NCBI GenBank assembly: GCA_051362555.1
Contig: CM120645.1
Coordinates: 4,030,001 to 4,094,000, forward strand
Direction: 5' to 3'
Source of the DNA: Lingula anatina
Lineage: Eukaryota > Animalia > Brachiopoda
Length of the DNA stretch: 64,000 nucleotides
Position numbers and translations under genes: made by a program. Positions 12,885 through 25,018 of this stretch are shown piece after piece. Each line of letters opens with the position of its first letter. Position 1 is the first letter of the stretch. A model generated the notes under the pieces. That model was not told the DNA's origin. It did no database searches and worked only from the letters and a program-made list of their open reading frames with translations.

Positions 12885-15800
12885 GTACAATGAGTATGAA
12901 ATAGTTCAGGTAGTGTGGCATGTTTCAGTTCAAGTGCCAGGTACCTGCTTCAGTTTCTAACAGCAGTTCTACTTTGCCACCAGGTGTAATGTGCTTGCTT
13001 GGTAAATTAATTATCTCTGTAAAATGGTAGCGAGTTAAAGTGCAACCTTTCCACCCTTGGTGAATGGTATGCTAGCTCATAACAGAATGTTTGTCCCTGA
13101 TCACAATTATGTATATATCTCAATTTGTTTATGAGAAGGTCTGAGAATTAGGAATATGGTTGAATATTTATTTGATGCATGGGTGAGTTTTTGACATGCA
13201 TGAAAAATACTGTGTAATTTTATGCACATGTATTGCATCATACATTGTTTTTGTTATAATTATTATTATTTTAAATATATGCCCATATTATAACATTTGA
13301 TCAGCCAAAATATTTTATAAGCTTTCTGGCACATATTTTTCTTCATTGTATGTTTCTGAATTACACATTGGACATGCCTTGTTCACAAGCACATGATGTT
13401 GCCTAGTTCTATTTAATAAAGTCAAATTTCATATAAATGTCCCTATTTCTTAATTCTGAAGCTCAGATTATTGCTTTAGCAGCATCAAGGGACTGAAATA
13501 CAAAACATTTTTCTGATGTAAGATTGCCAAATATACTAAGCATATTTCTGTGACCTATATATTTCTCTGTACATAGAGCTAATAAATCTGTGTGTTGTTT
13601 TCAGGATGAGCTAGAAGATGCTGTCCACAGACTGGAACTAGAGAAAGCTCGCCTGGAAGCCTCCCTCACTACAGAGACTCAGAAAGTGGAAACTTTACAG
13701 AGGGAAATGGAGGATTCCAACAGGGTACAGATTTTGTGGAGTTTTGAGGATTGATAAAAGTGATAAATAAGAGTTCTTTAAAACCCATGTTTCTCATTTA
13801 TTTCAGCACTGCTTTAAGATGTTTGTCTTATATAATTATAAAATATTTTTAAAATGTCTTAAATTATACAATGTAGTGAAATGCTAGTGTATTGGTAAAA
13901 AAAAACAATTTTGAACAGGTTGCATTCCTGATTTATGTATAAAAGTTAACCCTTTTTCAGAGAATTAAAAAAAAATACATTTCTTTTTTTTTTCTGAGTA
14001 CATTTATTTTATATCGATCCTTTACTTTTAGGTTCGTCATAGTATGGAGGCCCTTTTATCTAACCTCAAAACAACAAATGCTCAATTGGAAGAAAAAGTC
14101 ACTGTAAGTATAAATGCAGTATGATAAAACCAGCTTGTTTTGATTAATTATTTTGTTTAATGATCAAATACCTTTACATGGTATATTTTGTATTTTTTAG
14201 AGAAAAATGTATGGATTTTGTGTGTAAAGATTGTTTCACGTACCATGTTTTTGTGCATGTTGCAGCAAGAGGCAGCATCTCGTAGTATTCTTGCCAGAGA
14301 GGCAGAGGATTCCAGAGACATGTGGGAGTCTGAGGTCAAGTCAAGGTCAAAGCTGGGATTGAGGGTATGTTGGAGCAGTGGCCTAGATCTCCAGCCAGGT
14401 CATTGATTTTAGATCTAGATCTTTTACGGTCGGAGGTCTATATCTCTCTATCTTGCCCCTTAGGTGAAGCCATCTGTTGTAAAGTTGCTGTTTACCTGTG
14501 ATTTTTGTCTTGTCATTTATATTAATATCAGTGCTCAGAATTGTGTTTGAAATGTGATGTAAGGTAAATTTTAAATTGTTTTTTTCTTCTACTGAATTAC
14601 TTGGTCTTTTTTCCGACCACCCTCAAAATATAATTCAGCATTGGAATGATATTATACTTGACATATTTGTAAATGTCTCCTTTTACTACCCACCTTCATA
14701 TGTGTATCATTACTGTACTAAAATCTACTGTTATTACACATATATTTTAACTTTATTCAGCTTGCTCAGTTAGAGAGAGCCAAACAGGAGGCTCAGGCTG
14801 TAGTTGATGAGGTGAGTGTTTGCCCTCTTACCCACCCTGCCACCTCAGCACAAATATTTTTTTAAAGTCATTATCACGAGGAAAAAGTTTTTTAAAAATA
14901 ACTTTTTCTTTCTTTTTTGCTCTTATTTTGTTTTATTTTATTTATTTATTCAATGTTTTTTCTTATTTTGTTTTATTTAATTTATTTATTCAATGTTTTT
15001 GCTTTTTGGCATTGTTAAGAGATTAAGTGTATAAACATGTTGAAGGATAATGTTAGCAGTATCTTTTTTAAGTGGAGCAAAAGGTGGTTATTATTTTTTT
15101 TAGAAAAAATGTAAAACACTGTTAAATTGCTGCTGCAGCCACAGTATGATGCTTTGTTCAGACGAGTTTGATTCATCACTTGTATAATTACGATTACATG
15201 ATAACCTGTTCAAACCCCTGGTATTTTCTACTCTTGTATTCTATTTTAGGAGAAAAGAAAAGCCAGAAAAGCTGTTGAGATGAAGAAAGTTGCTGAGACA
15301 AAGCTAGATGCTGAAAGTGAAAGGTCTGGATATTTTTGCCTTTGTATTCCCCCCCCCCCCCACCCTTAGAAAATTTTTCTATGAACTTGGCCCTTTTCGC
15401 AATTCATTTGAATATAATTCATTTGATTTATATTGCATGGATGTTAATTTTTTTTAACCTTAAGAATTATTGTCATTTTCATATTTGCTTTGCACTCATT
15501 GCTTTTTGTCATTTCAGGCGATTGAATTTAGAAAAGGAGGTGGCTAACTTAAAAACTCATTTAAAGACAGCCAAGAAGAGATTAAAGGTAAAAAAATAAT
15601 TTAAAAAAAATCTTATAATCCCTGCTTGGAATGTTTGTTTTGAACCATTAAGTTTACTCATATAGAAGATTACGTCAGGCAGCTACCCAAACTTTAATAA
15701 TAAAGTTAACAATTTACAATCATTTAAGTATTTATATGCATGTGTTCATGCTTCATATATGGTAATGCTTCCCCATTTGATAATATTCTTAAATGTATAA

Positions 15801-18505
15801 CACATCATCATCAAGTGGCTTTTTAACTGGCACAGGCATGTATAGCATTCTCCATCCTTCTCTATCCACAGTCAATCAGATTTAGGCTGTTTAGGCTTTC
15901 TATATCTTTTCTTTGAGGCCGACCAATATATTTTCTTTCTGTTTTCCTAAGCTTCTTTTGTCATTCATTTTGTTTCTGTTGTCAGTGAGTTATCCATGTT
16001 GTTTATCTCATCACTTCATGATGCATATTATTTGAATTGCATGTTTTTTAATAGGATCTTGAGGGAAGTGAATCTCGTATTTCATCCCTGCACTCAGAGT
16101 TTGATCGTGAGCGCCTGGCCATGGAGGGCACCATGCAGACTTTAAGGAGACAGGTATTTAGATTGAAATATATATTCACTTTAATATGTGTTAAAGTTGT
16201 TTGCAGTAGTGAGATTTTTTCCCCAAATTTATTTATTTATGTATTGTGCATTATTTCTCTGATCTGATGATACATGTATGCACAGTTTTTGTATGCAAAT
16301 CCTTGGCTTAAATTTTTACTGGTAACTTGTTTTTCAAGAGCTCATGATAGGATAATTATTTGTTAGCACATATTCATACACATTTTTAAGTGGTGTGTAT
16401 TTGTACACTGGCACAGTGTCCACTTTCTTTGGGATCAAGCTGTTATATATTCACAGGCCTTCAGACTGAGTAGATCCAATCTTCATCTCATTGTTCTTTG
16501 AGAGTCAAAATATAGGTAAAAATACTCAAATGATTAATAGCACAGGCTGGAATATTTTTAAAGGGCAATAGCTGATTTAATTTTCATTTTTTTTTCTTTA
16601 TGAGTCAAAAGAAAAAATAAATAAATAAATAAATAAAAAATAAAAAAACTGTTTCAAATTAGTGGCACTGTGTCTATGAAGTTATAGACTGAGTGGATTT
16701 AATTTCCATTTAGTTGTGCTATGGTAGTCAAAAAAAAAAAAAAAAGAGAGAGAGAATAAAAGGTACCATGAAAATAAGCAAAATGGGCAATACTAGACTT
16801 GATGCTGATATTCTGTTGTCCCTAATTCCAAAGTCACCCCTTGTTTCCAGTTGGATGAGCTCCAGAGTCAATTAAATGAAGAAATAGAGCAAAAAGATAG
16901 ATATGAGGCAAAAACCAGGCAGCTTCAGCAGGAGCTCAATGCCCTGAAAACCCTGGAAAAAAGTTTTGCCAAGCTCGAGCGCACCAAGTATAAGATGGAG
17001 ACTGACTTTAATTCATACAAGGTAGCAGGCGATACCAGAAATACTGCTACTGCTGACGTTACTGCTGTGTCTAGAGCTAGAGTCAGTGCATGAGTATCTT
17101 CATCTATCTCTTCTTGATTTTCATCTAACTTGATATTCTTTTCTTTTCCTTGATAGGTATTAGCAGTGGCTAATATAACCAGCATGTGTTTGTTGAATGT
17201 GCAGTCTTCTATGCCAGCATGTGTCTTCTTTCTTTGTGTTTTTTTTCTCCAACTGTTCTGTTCAAATTTTTGCATGTTTTTGTATATTTGATTATATTAC
17301 TAATGATTATTAATGATTATATTGCCTATTTTCCCTTTCATGCTGACAATTTTTCTACAGTTTTCATTCTTTTAGTAGCTTATAACCAGCTTCATCTTCT
17401 TTTCAAACTATCTAATCATTTGAGTGTTTGTTGATTGAAAACAATTATCAGTATCATTAATTTTTTCCTTGTAATGCAATTTTGACAGATAAATTGGCCC
17501 TACTTTCTGCTTAATTACGCTAACAGTGATTTAATAGTTGTAGCTTTATCCAGTCAGTTGTATTGAAAGAAAGTTCCTTAGTTTAAAGCCAATCATCAAA
17601 CACCCCTTAGAATTAAGTATGCTGCCTCTATTGCATGACATTGTCAAATATATTGTATTATTATTTTGTAAGGATATCATCCAGGGTTCATGATGTATGT
17701 AATTACACTTGTGCCCATCTACAATATATTGTATTTGTACACTGTATGCAGCATACAGGTTCACTTATATGTATGTAGGCAGTACTAATGTTATTGAACA
17801 TATCTGACTGTTGTCCTTATATAGCAGAACCATGTACTTAGCAACCGCCATGTAAACAAATTGGATTGAACCATATAACCACGAGGCAGCATTATATTAT
17901 AAGTTCAAGTTTTTCACATATGCAAGACCATACACATGGTATTATATGCCATACATGTTCCAAGTTTACATAATTAACTTATTTATACCCTGGCCATTAC
18001 AGAACCATGTGAACCAGCACTACGTGGACCGCGGTGAGCTGCAGCGTGCACAGCAGGACAACGAGATGAAGCTGCGCCAGGAGCTGAACACCAAGCTGGA
18101 GGAGGTGAACAGTTACCTGGAGGACCAGGCCCGTGCCAGAGAGAGGCTGGACACTATGAGGAATAACAATGAGTCGCAGATTAGGAATGAGTATGAGAAA
18201 ACCAAGAAAGAACTCATGGTATGTTTGGGTTTGATTTGTGTAGTCGTGGCAAATGTTGGATATTGTTTTATATTTGTAAATAATGATAAGGGGTGGTATT
18301 CATTAAGTAGTATTCAGTGTTAAAGTATTTTAATATATAAACAGTGGATATGTAGTCTCACAGGCTTAAGGGGGTGGTCACAGAGGGCATGCCTCCTCCC
18401 TTTCAACCATGCTCAAAAAGCTGATTTTGCATGCAGACATGCAAAGAGCAGCCCCATGGTTTCCCAGAGATAAAATCTTGGACCAGCAAATTTTTCTTTC
18501 AATTG

Positions 18506-18553
<48 letters not shown>

Positions 18554-19882
18554 TGGAAAATCGTGAGAATAATATTCTTTCTAATACATGTTTCACATAA
18601 TAAGGAACCTCCCATAGAAAACAGACAAAAAGTGAATAAAGGGTTTATAAAATGAAAAAAGAATCATCTTTTTCTATTTGAAGGATGAGTTGTCCAAGCT
18701 GCGGGCAGGCTACCACCAGACCATGGCCCAGAAGGAGACCAAGGACTTGGAGCTGCAGAAGTACAAGGAGTTGTATGAAAATGAAGTACGGCTTCGAGAG
18801 AGAGTGGCCACCAGGTTGCAGAAAGCCACGGATACTGCTGCTAATACCAAGGCGCAGCTTTCGTAAGTTTGTCTGCATGTGCATGAGTGCTTGTTCACAC
18901 AGCAACATAAATTGCAGCTTAGTCTCCCTCTTTTGTTTTCTTGATTTAATGTGATGAAAGATGAAGATGAACATGGATATATGAGCAAAAACACAAGCCA
19001 TGGTTATTTTTTGCCAAAAAATTCTTAGATATAATGCTAGGTAGATTGTTTCAGTGTGCTGTGATAAAGATTTACTGAAACATAAATATGACCAGTAACA
19101 GTTGCTTTACTATAAATAATACAGAAGAACTTTGCTTTGGCATTTTCTCAGTAAAAGTTTCAAATTGCTTATTTTCTCCTATGCATTATGCTTTTTTCTT
19201 ATGTGCTATATTTAATCATATATTACACTTCACTGTAATTACAGTCTTGAGCGTCAGAAGACCATGCTGCTGGGTGCCAGTCCCCCCATGGCACGCAGGG
19301 ACAACCAGTGGGTCTCCCCCCTGGGCGGCATGAAGACAACCCCTGTACACGGGGTCAATGACTCTCTCAGTTACAAGATCAAAAACCAACTGGATAAAAG
19401 CATTGCCAAACATTTGGAGTCTGGTAAGCACACTGGGTTCCGCAGTATCTGTGATGGTGTGACTGTAAATCAATTTGAAATTACTAAGTAAAAGCTTTTT
19501 TATGATGTTTGTTTTGAAACTTGGTGTCCACATGTAGAACAACAGAATTTAGGAAGTTTGTTTGCTCTGTGTAAATGTGCACCAAATGCACAAAAAATTA
19601 AAGCTCACAGTGCCTTTTTGCATAGATATTTAAAAAAAAAATGTCTACCAAATGTTTCTGACAACTTGGTGATGGTCTGTGTCATTAACTAATGACCAGT
19701 TTTTCTGTGCCAGAATCCACTCCAGTTTTACTATAATTATTTTTTCATAAATAAACCTTCCTATTTCAGCTGGTGCCAGCTCCAGCCCCGTCCTGCCACC
19801 AGATGACAGCATGATCAACTCCTCATTTGGCAAGTCCACCAGCGATTACATGGCCACACTCAGAAGAAACTATTTCGTATGA
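1..19882 (+). CDS. ANKRD26: ANKRD26/CCDC144-like coiled-coil protein, 3' portion (5' end outside window), 29 coding exons
   Basis: Phase-consistent GT-AG exons: <1-71, 3851-4075, 5032-5213, 5593-5722, 5852-5932, 6231-6329, 6607-6691, 7009-7149, 8535-8735, 8894-9028, 9352-9431, 9565-9649, 9845-9901, 10116-10282, 10783-10930, 11275-11463, 11940-12155, 13605-13724, 14032-14103, 14266-14364, 14761-14811, 15250-15323, 15518-15587, 16055-16153, 16851-17021, 18003-18218, 18684-18862, 19245-19423, 19770-19882 (TGA). Peptides such as LNEEVEKRKNAEVLFNKIKEQLARKDSQY, KLNEEALT..QYN, MWESEVKSRSKLG, RQELNTKLEEVNSYLEDQA and the C-terminus DYMATLRRNYFV resemble the ANKRD26 coiled-coil region as I recall it. 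Ankyrin repeats are not in the window; orthology was not tested. Confidence 0.88.
2212..2470. mobile_element. Palindromic MITE, PIF/Harbinger-type
   Basis: 259-bp element. Arms 2212-2330 and 2352-2470 are reverse complements with about one mismatch. Termini GGCTTCGTTCACATG...CATGTGAACGAAGCC; TTA on both flanks (2209-2211, 2471-2473), matching the TWA target-site duplication of PIF/Harbinger. Confidence 0.9.
4165..4635. repeat. Degenerate minisatellite, unit about GCATTGTGATGTCATAGACAGTGCACAGT (~29 bp, variable)
   Basis: Many tandem copies of ttgtgatgtcatagacagt, best preserved at 4385-4620. It explains the repetitive ORF 4395..4634. Confidence 0.85.
7514..7522 (+). CDS. Candidate 9-nt microexon (TAC ATA GAG = YIE) of the ANKRD26-like gene
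   Basis: ttattttttccag|TACATAGAG|gtatgc; phase 0-0, matching flanking exons 7009-7149 and 8535-8735. Confidence 0.5.
7982..7993 (+). CDS. Candidate 12-nt microexon (GAG CAA GAG CTG = EQEL) of the ANKRD26-like gene
   Basis: Branch-like ACTAAT at ~7917, a long pyrimidine tract with TGC triplets, then catgtag|GAGCAAGAGCTG|gtatgt; phase 0-0. Confidence 0.65.
18508..18552. repeat. poly(T) tract
   Basis: About 45 consecutive T in an intron; source of the poly-F/poly-K ORFs. Confidence 0.9.
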
Positions 19883-21246
19883 TAGCATTTTTTCACAGAA
19901 TTCAGGTCTTGGTTTTTACCTGGCAGCATAATTTTGACTCTAGTCTTTCTTCTCTTGAATTTTCAGTTTTGGCAAATTGAAAAATTTTTATTTTGTCAAT
20001 ACAGTACTAATACAAGGTCAATGGAAGGTCAACACAAGGTCAACTTTAAGACCAATTTAAGGTCACGCATGTATCAACACAGAATAACTCATAATGTTGA
20101 TATTTTGAACAGTATTCACTGCAGTTTTTAATCTTGTATCAGAAGTACTTCATAGCACAATTATTCTGTTGTTATTGTTTTTTAAATATATTTATGATTT
20201 CATATGTAAAAGGTTCTTACATATTGCCATTTTTTGTGACCAATTTTACAAGAATGTTCCCATTTTAAGTATAGAAATGTAGAAGTGTCATTAAAGGCCA
20301 CATTGCCATATGTTAAAGAAAGTGCATGGGGCACTGGATATACAAATTTTATACATGTTTTGGTTGTGAGAAGATCCCTCCATATTATCAAGTGCTAACT
20401 GCATGCTGATATCAACAATTATATTGTTCATATTTAATTGATGCATAGTTGATATGAAGAAATTTAAATTTTATTCTTCACATTACAAATTTTGATGTTC
20501 CTGCGCTCACTTTATTAGTTGACCTAACTAAGAGGTTGACTTGACTGGGAGCAAACTTCAAATATTAGATGTTCTGCTTTTTTTTTTTTCTTGTATGAAA
20601 CTGAACATTGCTATCTCCTCATCTGTGATACAGTACATATTATTGCAAGGCTCATTTCTTTTATTTATAGTGTTCAAAGTTATACAAAATGCAGATATTT
20701 TCATAGATGCACTCTTTACATGAAGGAATATGTCTGTATAGTTTGAGGTTTGTTTTATGGCTGTACGTAAGTGTCTCTCTTTATAGTAGGATTAACATTT
20801 CACACATAAGCAATGGTAGTACTTTGGTCATTTGGCTTATAAACTAGTCCGGTACCGTTAGTTATTTAACAATGCACTAGCTTAACAACAAACCAAAGAT
20901 ATCCTCGTTATAAGCAATACATACATGTATACCCATTGAGAACAATTCACTCTAGTCTTGTAAATGCAATTTCACTTCTAATCAAAATGCTCCTTGATGG
21001 AATTAGCTTGTTGTCCTACGTGATATTATATCATTTAGAATTTTAACATGGCAACGAAGGTAAATGAAGAAGTTACCACATTTGCATATCTGAAGAGCTG
21101 ACTATATTATTTCCTACTGTATTGTTGATAATCCGTCCTTACATTGAAATACTCACTTTTTAGACAAGTCATGGTATGTTAACAAATGGCTGAGATTTAC
21201 CTGGAGTTTCATATCCAGTCAACATTTTAGAAGAGCAAAATTCATT

Positions 21247-21252
21247 AATAAA
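21247..21252 (+). promoter_or_regulatory. Candidate polyadenylation signal (AATAAA) of the ANKRD26-like gene
   Basis: AATAAA followed by a T/GT-rich tract (21283-21312), just before the switch from CpG-poor to CpG-normal sequence. Confidence 0.45.
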
Positions 21253-22441
21253 TATAATTTACTCTACAATTAATGGAAAAACGTTGTTTTCTCTTCTGCT
21301 TTATTTTCTGTTTGATAACAAAGAGAGGTATGTTTCCAGTGACCCCAGAAACTAGGGATACATGTTACTACGGGCACTGTAATGTACCAGAAAGTTCTCG
21401 GTGAAACAGGGTGCGGTTCCCCTTGACTCGTGCAGGTTAGCCCGTCCTAGATTTTGATCCACTTACGTCACGTTAACCCTGACCTGAGTGAATCGAATGG
21501 TGAGAAGACTGTTACACGGCCTGCCGTGTTGTACTAACGAAACCCGAAGCAAACTCAGGTACGTCATTGAGAGTTTTTGTGAGAGTTTACGTACTATGCC
21601 TTCTTATAAAATTACAGTGATCCATTTAACGTACCGTATGACGTAAGATAAGTAAAATAGCCGGAACGTCAGTGTTTTGATTTACTGTTTGAGCTCACGG
21701 TGTTCAAAGGAGGTATGTAGATCTGGGCCTCTCAGGTCATACACTTTTCCTCCGCAAGCGAAATATTTTCGATTAAAGGGGTGTTTTTGTACTTTTGCCA
21801 AAGTAATTAATTTAAAAGTGTGATAAATGTTGATAAGATTTCCAGATGTGTGCTTAATGAAATAAGTTATAGTTCACGAAGTCGTGCGCTGTAGAGGCAT
21901 GAAAAAATTCGCATCTTCGACGTACCTCGGCGATCTAATCAGATTGTAAAATTGTTTTAACAAGATTGATTGCTAATTTTAAATAACACCCATCTGTTTT
22001 CTTAGAAACTGCCTTTCGTGTCGATTAATCTGGTTCAGCGCTTCTGTAAAGCTCACATTTCGCATACTGCTGGTCTGAGCTGAGATATTTGGCAACAGGC
22101 ATACACTGTATGCTTTGATATTTCGATATTTGTACAATAGTACCCTAAAATTCTATTACATTCAGAGGTACCTTAATTAGCAGAAGAAACTAGCAATTTT
22201 ATTTCTTAAGAGATTTCAACGTTATTTTACATTATAGTTTCTTTCAAAATCTAAACCACCGTTTGATTAAAGATAGGCCTACTCTTTTTGTACACCATTC
22301 TTTATTTTTTGTGCTTTTGCCTTAAAACCAGTACAGCGTCTGATGTGATAGAATCTTTGTGATTTATCAGTACTTCAATTCTGCTATCTATGACAACTGA
22401 AGTCGCCACCAACCCAGTCCTTTTGCATAATAAATGCCCAA

Positions 22442-23431
22442 TCAGTCATCAATTTCCATAAAAATAGACGCCGGTCTTGGACGTCCTTTGGATCTGCCGC
22501 AGTGTTTGCGAAATCTAGCGTCCAACAAAAGTTTGGCTATGTCCGTATGACCATTTCTGCTTGCCCAGTAGACGGCGTCGTGTCCGTCGTTGTCCTTAGC
22601 GTTCGCTTTATCCCCATATTCCAACAAAGCTTTAACTGTTGTCAAGTGACCATGAGCTGCCGCGATCATGAGGGGCGTGGCACCCTTGTGGTCGGTCGTG
22701 AATTTGGCGTCATACTTGATAAGCAGACGAACGCCGTTCACGTTTCCACTGCGCGCGCACCATGCGAGCAGCGTCATGCCATCTGCGTCCTTTTCATTGA
22801 CATCACTGTACCATTTTTCTTTGATCAGGTATCGAGCGACCTCGAAGTGGTTTTTATCGTTCCAAGCGAGAGCAGCCAGAAGGCAGTTGTAGTCCACAAC
22901 GGGCGTTGTGTTCTCCAATAAAAATTGAACAATATCCAGACTCCCAGCATAGCACGCCATTTGAAACGCCGAAGAACCAACAGTTGTCTTCACGTGGTTT
23001 GTCTTGCCGGCGCCCAACCACACCAGAGCTTTGACCAGGCTCACGTTCCCCATTTGGCACGCCAGCCATAACGGCGTCGCGTTTTCCACAGCGACGATTC
23101 CACCCCGTTCATGTTTCACGAACACAGTACCCGTACAGCACACGTCAGCACCACAAACGTTCACCAAGAAGGCAAGAATGTTCACGGAGCCCGTCTTCAC
23201 CGCCAGGTGACAAAACGTGGTATCGTTGTACGGACTGTTTACCAAGGCGTGCATATCATTTTGCCCGATGTCTAAAGCTAGCTCCTTCATCGCCCATAAA
23301 TTCTTCTGTTCTAGTAACGCTGCGAGCTTGATTTGAGTTTTTAGAAGATGGGGCGGCGCTTTCTCCTCGTCTTTTTCCCGTGGTGAACGTTCGTCGTATA
23401 CCTCATAGCCTTTTGAAGCATCCGCACCCAT
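22442..23431 (-). CDS. Ankyrin-repeat protein, Fem-1-like N-terminal repeats, single coding exon, 329 aa
   Basis: Uninterrupted ORF with about 7 ankyrin repeats (TPLWLACQMGNVSLVKALV, GATPLMIAAAHGHLTTVKALLEYG, AVYWASRNGHTDIAKLLL). GTVFV..ENATPLW and SSAFQMACYAGSLDIVQFLLE recall Fem-1 repeats. Starts MGADASK. Splice acceptor attttaag|gaaacagcATG just upstream of the start. Confidence 0.88.
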   Translation of the reverse strand: MGADASKGYEVYDERSPREKDEEKAPPHLLKTQIKLAALLEQKNLWAMKELALDIGQNDMHALVNSPYNDTTFCHLAVKTGSVNILAFLVNVCGADVCCTGTVFVKHERGGIVAVENATPLWLACQMGNVSLVKALVWLGAGKTNHVKTTVGSSAFQMACYAGSLDIVQFLLENTTPVVDYNCLLAALAWNDKNHFEVARYLIKEKWYSDVNEKDADGMTLLAWCARSGNVNGVRLLIKYDAKFTTDHKGATPLMIAAAHGHLTTVKALLEYGDKANAKDNDGHDAVYWASRNGHTDIAKLLLDARFRKHCGRSKGRPRPASIFMEIDD

Positions 23432-24097
23432 GCTGTTTCCTTAAAATGATATCCTTATATGAATGTGATATATAGTTACTGCACGTCGCGCTTTATTATT
23501 TTTATCATTATCATTATCACTACTGTAATTGTAATTATAATTAATTATACGAGAAAAAAGAAAATGCTAACCGAAAATGCAAGCACGAAAATATGTCTTA
23601 ACTTCTAGTCTTCTTCGATCCAAGGTAAATCAGTTGCTGTCCAAGCATTTGTTTTATAACAAGAATGACATCACAAGTCTGGCCAGTAAGCTAAGAACAA
23701 TGTATAGCTTTTATGGTGAAATATCGGTCCAGAGTGACAAGGTTAAAGTTAAGACTGAAAGATTTCAGAAACGTGCACGATGTATCTTGAGTGAAAAAAG
23801 TTTGTCTCGACTTAAGAAAAGAAAAAATCGTCCAATTTCAACATGGGATGAATCTGCTTTTGTAACAACTAAATTAGGAAAGTACCCGTTTAAACACTGG
23901 GTAAACATTGCTATACTAAAAGCAGGCCCTATATTCTCATTTTAAATAAAGTGGACCATTTGTGATTTATCATGCGTCAAATAAGATAAACGATCATGTA
24001 TCCAAGTTAAGCTCTTGTGAACCAAAATATCATACGTTTATAAGCGTATTTTGAAACTTGCGTCTATGTTTTAAAATGGGATTATGTTTCTACTTAC

Positions 24098-24196
24098 CTT
24101 TGTCTTTCAGTGCCTAGATAGCTGCGTCTCTGACTACTTCGAGAACTCCTATCCTTTAAAGCTTCGAATCAGGAAAGGGCCAGGCTATATATAAAA
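24098..24196 (-). promoter_or_regulatory. Probable TATA box and non-coding first exon of the ankyrin gene
   Basis: Minus strand: TATATATAG at ~24185-24193; strong donor AAG|GTAAGT with the exon ending at 24098, pairing with the acceptor at 23440-23441. Confidence 0.5.
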
Positions 24197-25018
24197 CGTT
24201 CCCGAACAAGAAATGGAAACGCGCACGTGTCTTTTTAAAAGCCTCATCTCTTTTTGCACTTTCCTGAGTAAAGTACTTTTTGGCTTGTTAAAAAGTGACG
24301 GGCTGTTTACAAAATGCCGACAAAAAACGCAACTTAAGTATATTTTCAGACTCGTGGCATGCGTTTGTGAATCGGTTCGTTTCGCAGATGAGAGAGAGAA
24401 TTAACCTTTCCTGTGTGCACAAACGCTTAGCGTGTTTGCGTTTCTCAAAGTTGCGCAATTGCAATCCAGAAGACTTAAGTTCATATCAATAAACGGGAAA
24501 GCAAAAATGGGTGAGCTTATTCTATCATAAAGGAAATTTATTTCATAAAAAACAATTTTAATAGATTTTTAATAGTGACGAGTTTGTTGTTTCACTTTAA
24601 GTTTATATTTAATTTTTGATATTTTTATTTCGCAGGGTAGTTAAAGATTCTAGTATCTTTGACTCTTCACCTTGATATTTCAAAACCTTTCTGACCCGAC
24701 CAGGTGTTCTGAATTTATTTTTGCGCGTTTCTCATTTCCAACTTACCCCGCGTTTCTGTCTAGATTTCTTTATTCATTTTGACATTGATCCTAAATTTTG
24801 ATTCAACCAGAGGTTCTGTATTTCCATGGTACAAATTAAAGTGCGAGTACAGTGAGAAGTATAATTATACTTTAAAAAGGCTCTATTCTCCTGACAGGTG
24901 TGCTCCTTTTAATGAAAACAAAACGCGGATCTTACTTTTTTTTAATATAGTACCCAAAGGTGACTGGTTAGAGAATGTTCTAATGCAGACGCTCTTATAT
25001 GTCTGCCATAAAACCACT

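Noticed and set aside
18378-18655. Poly-K/poly-F ORFs (similarly at 10072-10395 and 43170-43355)
   Set aside because: Produced by homopolymer or microsatellite tracts.
22502-23210. Plus-strand ORFs overlapping the ankyrin gene
   Set aside because: Antisense shadows of a GC-richer coding sequence.
23577-23945. 122-aa plus-strand ORF
   Set aside because: Antisense within the inferred 5'UTR intron of the ankyrin gene; no recognisable domain.
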